From Nitrosopumilus sp. (GTDB lineage Archaea > Thermoproteota > Nitrososphaeria > Nitrososphaerales > Nitrosopumilaceae): 64,000 nt of DNA. Shown one piece after another: positions 35,542-44,800 of the stretch (positions are counted from its first letter, which is position 1; the number at the start of each line of letters is the position of its first letter). The stretch lies in contig OZ241981.1 in assembly GCA_965204345.1 (NCBI GenBank), positions 1,408,001 to 1,472,000 on the forward strand, given 5' to 3'. The notes under the pieces are model-generated. The model saw nothing but the letters and a program-made list of their open reading frames with translations. It made no database searches and was not told where the DNA came from. The position numbers and the translations under genes were made by a program.

Positions 35542-36506
35542 ATGGAAAAAGGACATGATGATTCACTTTTAGATTTGGTTATAGTTATTCCTACATTAAA
35601 TGAAGAAAAAGGAATTGGAAGTACTATTGATTCTATAAACAAATCACTTGCTGGAAAGCTTAGATTTGAAATTTTAGTAGTTGATAATAATTCTGTTGAT
35701 AATACAATCAAGATTGCCAAATCAAAAGGTGTAACAGTAATTAAACATCTAGTAAAGGGATATGGAAATGTGTTACAAGCTGGATTTCATTTTGTAGATA
35801 ATAATCGTAAAACCCTAGCCGTATCAATGGTTGATGCAGATGGAACCTATGAAGTAAAAGACATAATTACTATGGTCCAAATGATTAAAGATGAAAAAGC
35901 AGATTTTGTTATAGGTAATCGTTTTGCAAATATGAATAAAGATGCTATGAGCTTTACAAACAAATTTGGAAATAAAGTTACATCTATTCTTTCAAAATGG
36001 ATTTTACGAATCAACATAGTTGATTTTTCTTGTGGAATGAGAACATTTAGATCTGATCTGTTAAAATTTTACCATGGTAGACAAGGTAATTTTTCGTTTG
36101 CAATTGAAATGTTAGCAATTGCTCAAGTATGTAATGCAGAAATAAAAGAAATTCCAACTTCATACTATAAGAGAATTGGAGATACCAAGCTTAATCCCCT
36201 TCAAGATGGTGCAACATTGTTTACAATTCTTCTAAGGTTGATGCGAGATATAAGACCACGATTTTTTTTTGGAGGTATCGGTATTATATTGACCTTATTT
36301 GGAGTGATGTTTGGATTGTTATTGTTCTAGAATGGTTCAATACTCGAACAATGAATAGAATTCCAACTACAATTCTTTCAATGTTGTTAATTGTTTTGAG
36401 AATACAGACTTTGACTGTAGGACTGTTAACTTATATGTTAAAGGAAAAGAACTCTCAATCTTTTTACAAGGTTATTACTGCTGATGATCTCTCAACTAAT
36501 AGATAG
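35542..36506 (+). pseudogene. GT2 (Dpm1-like) glycosyltransferase with a frameshift near the C-terminal TM region
   Basis: IPTLNEE, VVDNNS.D, DADGTY; a shifted frame after about 36320 continues IVLEWF...RIPTTILSMLLIVL.IQ...GLL to TAG 36506. Confidence 0.7.
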
Positions 36507-36671
36507 CACACATTAAAATTATTCTTTGTTAATTTATACAATCTATGTTGCTATGATCTATGAGCAGAAAAACCATCATGTACACAATTTGTACCTGACA
36601 GATTGAGCATAGAATCTACCTTGATTTAATTTTGTTTTTTAATATTTTGCAATTCTGCTGATCTTATTTAC

Positions 36672-37688
36672 CTATGATATATGAGATTTTACAAAATTAA
36701 TTGATTTTGTAGGATATGGATCTATTTTTTCAAGAATCGCTTTGTATATGGTCGCCATATCTAGTAGATAAATTAAATTAATATTTTTCGAGAGAGTATC
36801 ACCTTTAATTGAATGCACCTCCCAATAATCAATATTATTTTCTTTAAAGAAACTTTTAATGATCTCCCATCTCTCTTTTGTTTTTAAATTACCTCCTGTT
36901 TCCTGAATAAGTATTGGTTTAATGTTTGACTTTACTTCCCATGAAACAATCCCATTATGACATGTTTCAATTATATCTTCAATCATGGCATGGCATTTCA
37001 TATTTTCTTGTATGGAATTTTTGAATCTAGTAGATACTGCCTGTAGTCCATGTGGATAATAAATTAATGATATTTCATTTAGCCAGTTTGCTAAAGAAAG
37101 AGATGGATTTGTTTCAGATAAATTTTTTGTAGAAATTTTTTCTGAGAGTATTTCCATTTGTAATATGGAATTCTTAATAGATTCTTTGTTTACTGGCATG
37201 ATGTTTTTTAACACATTCAATATCGTATAAACAGCTGATGGAAAAGATGAACGAGAATTTGCATAATATTGTACTTTTCTATGTTCTATACTGTTTTGAT
37301 TACAATATTGTTCTAATTTACCTCCAACTGAAAAACAAATAATTTTACATCCAATCTCATTTGCAGTTTTTATTGCATGTAATGTTTCAACGGCATCTCC
37401 TGATATACTAATCCCCACTACTAATGATTTTGAGTTAACTGTTTTGGGTAATACATATCCCTTTACACATGCTACATGAATATTTGTTTTAGATAGTATT
37501 GAGAACAATAAATCACAAATAGAACCAGAACCCCCCATTCCAGCAAATACAATATGTTCAATATTCTCATCAATGGGAAATACTGGTAATTCAGACTCGT
37601 ATGCCTCTTTGGCAATTTTTGGCCATATGGCATAGATTTTATGCATTTCCATTGAATCAAATTTGTTAACTTGAGAATAGTCAAACAT
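36672..37688 (-). CDS. Bifunctional phosphoglucose/phosphomannose isomerase-like SIS protein
   Basis: FAGMGGSG, RFKNSIQEN.K, E.CHN.I, IDP.P...I; ATG 37688 is the likely start. Confidence 0.85.
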   Translation of the reverse strand: MFDYSQVNKFDSMEMHKIYAIWPKIAKEAYESELPVFPIDENIEHIVFAGMGGSGSICDLLFSILSKTNIHVACVKGYVLPKTVNSKSLVVGISISGDAVETLHAIKTANEIGCKIICFSVGGKLEQYCNQNSIEHRKVQYYANSRSSFPSAVYTILNVLKNIMPVNKESIKNSILQMEILSEKISTKNLSETNPSLSLANWLNEISLIYYPHGLQAVSTRFKNSIQENMKCHAMIEDIIETCHNGIVSWEVKSNIKPILIQETGGNLKTKERWEIIKSFFKENNIDYWEVHSIKGDTLSKNINLIYLLDMATIYKAILEKIDPYPTKSINFVKSHIS

Positions 37689-37858
37689 TACAAATATCAA
37701 AAATCTTATTCTATAAAAATTAAAACCAGTAATCATCTAATTTTTTCTTGCTTGTAATATATCGTCACAATTTATGATTCTGGGCTTGATTTGCGATCAA
37801 GTTATGATCATCATTCAAAAATCTTATTAATACCTACTTTTGTATAAAATTGAGTATT

Positions 37859-40800
37859 ATGGGTAGTATCACAAACATTAGATTAAAGTCTAAACGAGAG
37901 TTTGTACCAGTAGTAGTAGCAATAGGTATACTTGCAGTGCTTTTTTCACCATATCCTGGAATTGATGCTGTAACCATATCTTTGAGTGATACGAACACTT
38001 TTGTCGATTTTACTAATGGTGTGCTTACTGATATTGATGATATATTGTCCATGGAAATTATCCTAAGAAACCCTGCTGATAATGGTATAACTTTTACATC
38101 ATCTACGGGTTCCACATTCAATTCAGAAACTCTTCTTGCTGATGTCTCTATTGTCAGAGTAGTCCTCAACCCTGGTGAATCTGATGAAGTCGTTGCATTC
38201 TTTGATTTATCTGGTAATCGTCTCTCAAACACCCTTGCCGCAACCTTTGGACAAACCGCTGATGTTGACGGTAAAATTGTAGCATTGAACTTTGATGGTA
38301 TTCGTGCTAATGCCTTAGGTGGCGATTATGGTAATTATGGCTACTTTGACTATGGTTACTTTGGTGCTTATGGTAATTATGGCTACTTTGACTATGGTTA
38401 CTTTGGTGGTTATGGTTATGGTTACTTTGGAACTGGATTTGGTTATGGTAGTTTAGGTTCTGGCTCTTATGGATATGGATTATCATCTAACCCAATAGCT
38501 AGAGACACAAAAGCAAGTTATGATATTCAAGTCAATTCTGCGTTACTAAAAGATGGAGATAACACTGTTAGAATTGATGTCTTGCCATCTGCATCATCTA
38601 CTCAATTTTTCTCATCAGTGCCATCTACTTTCACCAATGTGATTACTGGAACCGTTATTGAGGTCAATGTCCCGGTTGGAAGTCCTCATGGCGGAGTAAT
38701 ATTTACACCATCTTCTGATTTGAGTACCCTCAATGTAATATCTAACACATTACCTGACACAATTGCCGCTACTGATGGCCAGATGCTTGACTTTAATGGC
38801 GCTCCAACATTTGATGTTAGTGAGGACGGAACAAAGAGTGTGATAATTTCTGATTCTGTTACTGTCGTTAATTCTATACTCTCTGATTCTCAAACAATAA
38901 CTGTCACCTATCCAGGTGGTGTAGTTGTAAGTGGCTCAGGTGACTGGGCTGGCACTATTGCAGTTCCATCTCTTTCTACTGGTACTGCTGACCCTCCAAC
39001 CTCAAATGATGAGATAGGACTGGCATTCTCTGTAGGTGATGACAACACTAGATTAACATTTGATCAGGCAGTCAGGTTACTCTTGCCTGGTCAAGGAGCG
39101 CAGGAAGGTGCCTTCTTCTCAGGAGAAGATGCTGATGGTAATCTAGTATCACGATCACTAGATATATGTCCATTTGTTCCTGCCAATCAGGCTACTGCCA
39201 ATACTAATCTTGAAGCTGGCACTGCGTTGGAATCATGTTTTGTTCGTGACGGCTCTGATATGATCATCTGGACCACACACTTTAGTTCATTTGGCTCATT
39301 CTCTACCCTTAGATCTGCCCCAACAGTCTCTGTGACTTCAAATGTAGGCGCCAGTAGCAACTCTGATACGGTAGCATTTACTGTAACCTTTAGTGAGGAT
39401 GTCCAGAACTTTATCCTGTCTGACATTACAGTAACGGGTACTGTCAACGACGGCAATCCGGTAGCATCAAACCTTCTTGGATCTGGTGCCGAATACACCT
39501 TTGATGTTGCTCGCGGCTCTACAGACGGAACCGTAACTGTGTCAATTGCAGCAGATGTGGCAACAGATCTTGCAGGCAACTCCAACACCGCATCTAATTC
39601 AGTTACTGTCACCATAGACACTCGTACCCCAACCGTACCTTCTGGTGGTGACCGTGGTGACCGTGGCGGTGGTGGCGGCGGTGGTGGCGGCGGCGGCGGT
39701 GGTGGCGGCGGTAGTAGCAGTGCCTCTAGAATCTCATCTATTGCAGATAATGTCTCTGGCGCTGTTTTGTATGACGTACAGTGGGATGTCTGTGAAGCAA
39801 ACACAATCAATATAATAGCTGGACCTGTAACTGACAATCTATCTGTAAAGATTAGAACCAACGCAGGCATAATCCAAGCAGAACGCTCTGATGACCAGTC
39901 CTATCCCGGAAGAATTTCATTTGATGCAAACCTCTCACCAAATGAGTCATTTGTATACGTACAAGTAGAAAATATTGCATCAAGAGGACCGACAGTTGAT
40001 TCAAAATCACTTAACCTTAACGAATGTTCTGGTTCTGTATCTGTAAACAAATACGAGTCATCATCAATAATAACAAGCAAAGATAATGACAGTAGAGTTG
40101 TAACACCTCAACAGCCATCTAGAGAAGTAGATTCGGCAACTAACATTATACCTGGTCTAATCCCCGTACAAACGCCAGGCCTAGTACATGAGTTCATCAC
40201 TGACTTTACTGATATTACAAATGATAACACTGGTATGAAATTGACTGACTTCCAGACATTGCAATCCAATACTGACAAATATGCCGAAGTCGTCCTGGGA
40301 ATCAGCGGACAGACAGTTACCACCGTTGCATTGATGGATAGGCCTGATTCAGAGGAGAGTAACAACAATGCAAACCTCTTCTTACAAATTTCATCCACCG
40401 GTGATAAGGTCAACTCCATGAGAGGCGTTCTCTTGGGCGGTGATACAATTGAGATTATGGCAGGAGACGGAAGCAAGACTATTGTTCCAACATCTGCAGA
40501 AATTGCAATTGCATCTGAGGATGCAGTGGCAGTATCTCAAAAATCAAGCATGAAAATTAATGACAAATCAACCCAGGTTGACCTCCCAGATGTGGTCAAA
40601 GAATTCCTCAATACTAGTATTGAATTTACAAACGAGGATACCGGTGAGACACTAACGCAATACATGGTACTGCAATCAGTACCGGATGTGTTTGCAGAGA
40701 AGGAACTTGACATCTCCGGACAAACCGTAACTACCATAGCGTTCCCAGACAGATATGGCAGGGCAGACAGCAATGATGACCTGAATGTCTTTGTACAATT

Positions 40801-40927
40801 CACGCACACTGATGAGCAGGTCAACTCCTTGAGAGGCATCCAGCAGGGCGGCAACGCAATCAGCGTTAGTACCAACGGTGTTGAGCAGGGAACTCTGACA
40901 CAGACAGTAGAGATTCCGCTAGGCTAG
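37859..40927 (+). CDS. Large secreted/surface protein: GYG repeats, HFS motif, bacterial Ig-like domain, poly-Gly linker, duplicated C-terminal domain
   Basis: N-terminal hydrophobic segment; VTFSE.V..F...DI.V...DLAGNSN Ig-like signature; two copies of about 90 aa ISGQTVTT...VNS.RG. Confidence 0.75.
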   Translation: MGSITNIRLKSKREFVPVVVAIGILAVLFSPYPGIDAVTISLSDTNTFVDFTNGVLTDIDDILSMEIILRNPADNGITFTSSTGSTFNSETLLADVSIVRVVLNPGESDEVVAFFDLSGNRLSNTLAATFGQTADVDGKIVALNFDGIRANALGGDYGNYGYFDYGYFGAYGNYGYFDYGYFGGYGYGYFGTGFGYGSLGSGSYGYGLSSNPIARDTKASYDIQVNSALLKDGDNTVRIDVLPSASSTQFFSSVPSTFTNVITGTVIEVNVPVGSPHGGVIFTPSSDLSTLNVISNTLPDTIAATDGQMLDFNGAPTFDVSEDGTKSVIISDSVTVVNSILSDSQTITVTYPGGVVVSGSGDWAGTIAVPSLSTGTADPPTSNDEIGLAFSVGDDNTRLTFDQAVRLLLPGQGAQEGAFFSGEDADGNLVSRSLDICPFVPANQATANTNLEAGTALESCFVRDGSDMIIWTTHFSSFGSFSTLRSAPTVSVTSNVGASSNSDTVAFTVTFSEDVQNFILSDITVTGTVNDGNPVASNLLGSGAEYTFDVARGSTDGTVTVSIAADVATDLAGNSNTASNSVTVTIDTRTPTVPSGGDRGDRGGGGGGGGGGGGGGGGSSSASRISSIADNVSGAVLYDVQWDVCEANTINIIAGPVTDNLSVKIRTNAGIIQAERSDDQSYPGRISFDANLSPNESFVYVQVENIASRGPTVDSKSLNLNECSGSVSVNKYESSSIITSKDNDSRVVTPQQPSREVDSATNIIPGLIPVQTPGLVHEFITDFTDITNDNTGMKLTDFQTLQSNTDKYAEVVLGISGQTVTTVALMDRPDSEESNNNANLFLQISSTGDKVNSMRGVLLGGDTIEIMAGDGSKTIVPTSAEIAIASEDAVAVSQKSSMKINDKSTQVDLPDVVKEFLNTSIEFTNEDTGETLTQYMVLQSVPDVFAEKELDISGQTVTTIAFPDRYGRADSNDDLNVFVQFTHTDEQVNSLRGIQQGGNAISVSTNGVEQGTLTQTVEIPLG

Positions 40928-41000
40928 ATTTTTTTTGTTCTTTGTTATTTTACAGGTATTTTTGATCAGTCAAATTGCAAAGTTATTCTTCCCTAGTTTA

Positions 41001-41516
41001 TCATCCTATCTTGCAACAACTTTTACTTTGTAATCCTCTGACAATCCAAAAGATTGAAAATAAAAGTACCCCAACTGAAACAAATTTCAATTCTAATCCC
41101 TGCATTGGAAACAATGATAGTCCTCCTACTGCTCCCAAAATTACTGCCAGCGGTGCAGTACATGCAGGACATCCCGGTGTGAACGCTGCAAATGCCCCAC
41201 CCAGTGCTGCTGAAGAATTTGATTTTACAGAGCTTACCATCTTCATTCTTTTTATTTTAAAGGCCATCATTGCAAAATTAATACCGCCTAACGATGCAAT
41301 TACTACTGTTAATCCAATAGATGAGCCAATGTAAAACGGTGATATCTCAATCATGCTATCAAAGTGAGTTGGCAGCATTGACATTGTCAAATAATAATAG
41401 ATTATCCCTAATCCTATACTGCTAATTACGGCAATACTTGCATATCTTTTTGTAGTCAATACATTTGAGATTATCTGTAATTTACTTACCAAGTAAGTCT
41501 GTTTAGTATTTGTCAT
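41001..41516 (-). CDS. Conserved membrane protein with GCPAC motif
   Basis: Four TM segments with CxxC. Confidence 0.65.
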   Translation of the reverse strand: MTNTKQTYLVSKLQIISNVLTTKRYASIAVISSIGLGIIYYYLTMSMLPTHFDSMIEISPFYIGSSIGLTVVIASLGGINFAMMAFKIKRMKMVSSVKSNSSAALGGAFAAFTPGCPACTAPLAVILGAVGGLSLFPMQGLELKFVSVGVLLFSIFWIVRGLQSKSCCKIG

Positions 41517-41571
41517 ATTTTAACTATCTTTGAATAATCAAAGATATTACACGCAAATTTTATCAAAAACC

Positions 41572-41823
41572 ATGACAGAATTTTCATCAGAAGAGAAAAT
41601 TATACTCGTTCAATATGGAATAAAAAAATATGAAAATGAAGAGACAATAACTGAGAAACTAAAAACCATCCTATCTGAAAAAGACATTCAAAGAAATATT
41701 GACACTTTGATTGGAACTCAAAGAGTCAGACGAATTGGTTCAAAGGCACTTCAAAACAATGAAAGTCATACTGAGTTACCAGGCTTGCCTGAGCACCTAA
41801 AGCCAATAATTGACTCTTTATAA
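41572..41823 (+). CDS. Conserved thaumarchaeal hypothetical protein
   Basis: Clean ORF from ATG 41572. Confidence 0.6.
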   Translation: MTEFSSEEKIILVQYGIKKYENEETITEKLKTILSEKDIQRNIDTLIGTQRVRRIGSKALQNNESHTELPGLPEHLKPIIDSL

Positions 41824-41864
41824 CATGAAAAATTATTAAACCACCAATAGTTCATTCTTAACGT

Positions 41865-42316
41865 ATGCTGAAATTCATTTTATTTTCGTCTGCCCTGTTT
41901 ATGCTAGTTGTATTGCCATCCTCAATGGATGCTGCTTTTGCTCATCCTCATTTTGATCAAGTGATGATAAATGATCACACACACAACCCACAAACTCAAA
42001 ACATTCCATTAAATGACATGATGAAACTTCAGACAGCTACAATCCCATTTCATTCCCCTCAAGAAAACAAGCTACCTTGGGCTTTTGTTGAGGGCAACGT
42101 ACCAAATCATGTTAAGGGATATCCGGTAATAATCCAAATCTTCAAAGATATAGTCCAATTCACTTTGCTCAAACAAATGTAGAGCCAAACGGGGATTATG
42201 AGTACAAGTTCAGAGTCTTGTATTCTAATGGTGACATTACAAGCGAAATTTTTGATGATGATTACTCAATTAAAATCTTCAAGGTCGTATACCAAAGTCA
42301 AGAGAATTTAATTTAA
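41865..42316 (+). pseudogene. Exported protein, frameshifted at about 42150
   Basis: Signal peptide; GYPVIIQIFK continues in another frame as PIHFAQT.V..NG.YEYKFRV...YSIKIFKVV to TAA 42316. Confidence 0.65.
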
Positions 42317-43194
42317 AATCCTCGCAATCCCTCTGGACGAACAGTTTCTGGATGCTGTTTCATCCATCTTACTTTTTCTAACATCTCTTGTTTGTCTTGT
42401 GGGAATGTTCCCCTTACTGTATATGCATTAGAGCCATGATTTACCCTAAAGACAATCTCATTCTTTGTCTCAATCTGATTAACCAATTCATATAGTTCTT
42501 CTAGCGATTCATCATCATTGATTCTAACAAATTCTCCTTGATATTTCTCAATGAATTCTTGCTTGATTCCATTTTCTAGGTAGAGTGTCAATGCTCCAAC
42601 ATAATGTGGTGAGCATGCATTGAGCACCTCTGCTGTTCCCCTGATATGATCTTTTGAATATGTTTTTCCACCCAATCCCAAAATTACCATACATGACATA
42701 ACATATCCAGCTTCTTTTGCCTTGTTTACAGACTTGATTATTGTTTTAGATATTGCTCCCTTTGTGACTTTTTTCAAAACTGTGTCTGAGCCACTCTCAA
42801 TTCCCAAATAGAACATGTCCAACCCTGCCTCGTTGATCTGTTTTAGCTCCTCAGGCGTTTTCTTTAGAATATTCATAGGCATTGCATAGCAAGAAATTCT
42901 TTCAATATTTACAAATTTTTCCCTGATGTATTTTACAATTTTAATCATGTACTGTGAATCCAAATTCAAAGCATCACCATCTGCAAGAAATACCCGCTTT
43001 GTATCAGGCAGATATCCTGCCATCATGTCAATCTCTGCCTTGACATCTTCCCATGGTCTCTCTGAATATTCTTTTGATCTATACATATCACAAAACGAAC
43101 ATTCGTTAAATGAACAGCCCAAAGTCACTTGAAAAATTAATGATCTAGCCTCTGATGGTGGTCTGTATAAGGGCGCATCATAATTTAGCATCAT
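42313..43194 (-). CDS. Radical SAM protein
   Basis: YRPPSEA.S, CSFNECSFC (CxxxCxxC). Confidence 0.9.
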   Translation of the reverse strand: MMLNYDAPLYRPPSEARSLIFQVTLGCSFNECSFCDMYRSKEYSERPWEDVKAEIDMMAGYLPDTKRVFLADGDALNLDSQYMIKIVKYIREKFVNIERISCYAMPMNILKKTPEELKQINEAGLDMFYLGIESGSDTVLKKVTKGAISKTIIKSVNKAKEAGYVMSCMVILGLGGKTYSKDHIRGTAEVLNACSPHYVGALTLYLENGIKQEFIEKYQGEFVRINDDESLEELYELVNQIETKNEIVFRVNHGSNAYTVRGTFPQDKQEMLEKVRWMKQHPETVRPEGLRGF

Positions 43195-43295
43195 TTTTAT
43201 CCGTTGAGATTTGTTTGATTATGTTTTTTATATTTTCTACTATATTTGTCCCAGAATACCTTTTAGTAGTAAATTGGAGATGAATCTCGTAATAT

Positions 43296-43598
43296 ATGGC
43301 AAATGATCCTTATGCAAGAAGGCTTCTCTGGTTTGTATTTGCAGGCTCTAGAGGAGGATTAAATCGATTAAAAATAATTTCTAAATTAAAGGAAAATCCA
43401 TTCAACATAAATCAACTGGCAAAAGAATTGAATCTTGATTACAAGGCCATTCAACATCATATCAGAGTACTGGAAAAAAATAACATGGTAAGCAAAGTTG
43501 GAGAAAAATACAATGTAACCTATTTTGTATCCACTTTTCTTGAAGTCAATATGGAGACATTTGAAGAAATTGAAGAGAAATTGGATAAAAGTAAATAA
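43296..43598 (+). CDS. ArsR-family winged-helix regulator
   Basis: LLWFVFAGSRGG.NR, NINQLA..L.LDYKAIQHH. Confidence 0.85.
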   Translation: MANDPYARRLLWFVFAGSRGGLNRLKIISKLKENPFNINQLAKELNLDYKAIQHHIRVLEKNNMVSKVGEKYNVTYFVSTFLEVNMETFEEIEEKLDKSK

Positions 43599-43623
43599 AA
43601 GCTCAAGCGGTGTCTGTGACTAA

Positions 43624-43908
43624 ATGGAACCCACCTCACTGATCCTATCAGTTGTCTCAATGGCAAATATGGGCATATTGGGTATCTTGATTGCAATTTT
43701 TGGAAACATGTATCGCAAAACCCAAGCGCAGCTTCCTTTGGGAATGATCGTCGTTGCTGGAATGCTAATTTTACATAATGTAATTGGCGCCATTGGTTAT
43801 TTCTCTCATGAGATGATCTTCTCTCATGACATATTCCCATATATGTTGGGGGTAGGTATTGCAGAACTTGTTGGATTAATCATATTTCTAAGGATCACTT
43901 TGGACTAG
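43624..43908 (+). CDS. Small membrane protein
   Basis: Three hydrophobic helices, downstream of the ArsR gene. Confidence 0.65.
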   Translation: MEPTSLILSVVSMANMGILGILIAIFGNMYRKTQAQLPLGMIVVAGMLILHNVIGAIGYFSHEMIFSHDIFPYMLGVGIAELVGLIIFLRITLD

Positions 43909-43943
43909 TCTTAGTTTATTTGTAATAAATTATTTTTTAAGCT

Positions 43944-44387
43944 GTGCTACGAGAATATCTAAAACTTAACAAAAATATTCTCATAGCATTTGCTGCATCA
44001 ATTATTATCTCTGCAGTCATTGCCCAAATCTTATCTGATCAAAGCGCTTTTCTGAATACGACTTATACGACAATTTCCGATTATGCAATATTTTTTTCAG
44101 TTTTTAGCAGTATGTTTTATTTGGATAACAGAAAAAAATACAGATTAGAGTCTGGAAACACTGATACTGCCAAGCTAAGACATGATCTAAAAAAATTAAT
44201 CACTTCATTGGGTATTGCAGAAATTGTATACACTGCAATCAGATGGGCACTTCAGTATTACTTCCTAACCATCAACTATGATCCATATTTGGCATCTGTT
44301 GCATCCCAAGGAATCTCTACAATTATTTATATGATAACTCTGAACCTAATTATAAAAATAATGAGGTTATACAAAGATGGGAATTAG
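43944..44387 (+). CDS. Membrane protein (GtrA-like topology)
   Basis: Four TM segments. Confidence 0.55.
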   Translation: MLREYLKLNKNILIAFAASIIISAVIAQILSDQSAFLNTTYTTISDYAIFFSVFSSMFYLDNRKKYRLESGNTDTAKLRHDLKKLITSLGIAEIVYTAIRWALQYYFLTINYDPYLASVASQGISTIIYMITLNLIIKIMRLYKDGN

Positions 44388-44736
44388 TATTTACGTTGAC
44401 GGTTCTGGTGGAGATGATAGTGGATATGGATACTTTGTTAAGGAAACAGGAGAATCGTTTTATGAAAAAAAACCTGATCTAACCAACAACCAGGCTGAAT
44501 ATCTAGCAATAATCTCTGCACTAAACAAATACGTTGACTCTGATGATCAAATTATCATTTACAGCGATTCTAAAAATACTGTAAACCAACTAAACCATGA
44601 ATTTGCAATTAATAATGAGCATCTGCGAACTCTGGCACGAGAAGCATGGCAAATTATTGGAAAATTTTCTGACAACCTCTCCATTGTTTGGATTCCAAGA
44701 AAAGATAACCTGGCAGGAAAAATGCTGGGAAGCTAA
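44377..44736 (+). CDS. rnhA: Ribonuclease HI-like protein
   Basis: IYVDGS, TNNQAEY.A, YSDS, WIPR..N.A. Confidence 0.85.
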   Translation: MGISIYVDGSGGDDSGYGYFVKETGESFYEKKPDLTNNQAEYLAIISALNKYVDSDDQIIIYSDSKNTVNQLNHEFAINNEHLRTLAREAWQIIGKFSDNLSIVWIPRKDNLAGKMLGS

Positions 44737-44800
44737 AAAACATAGATCAGAAATTTTCAAGAATAACTTTATTATACAAAAATCTTAAAATTAAATCATC

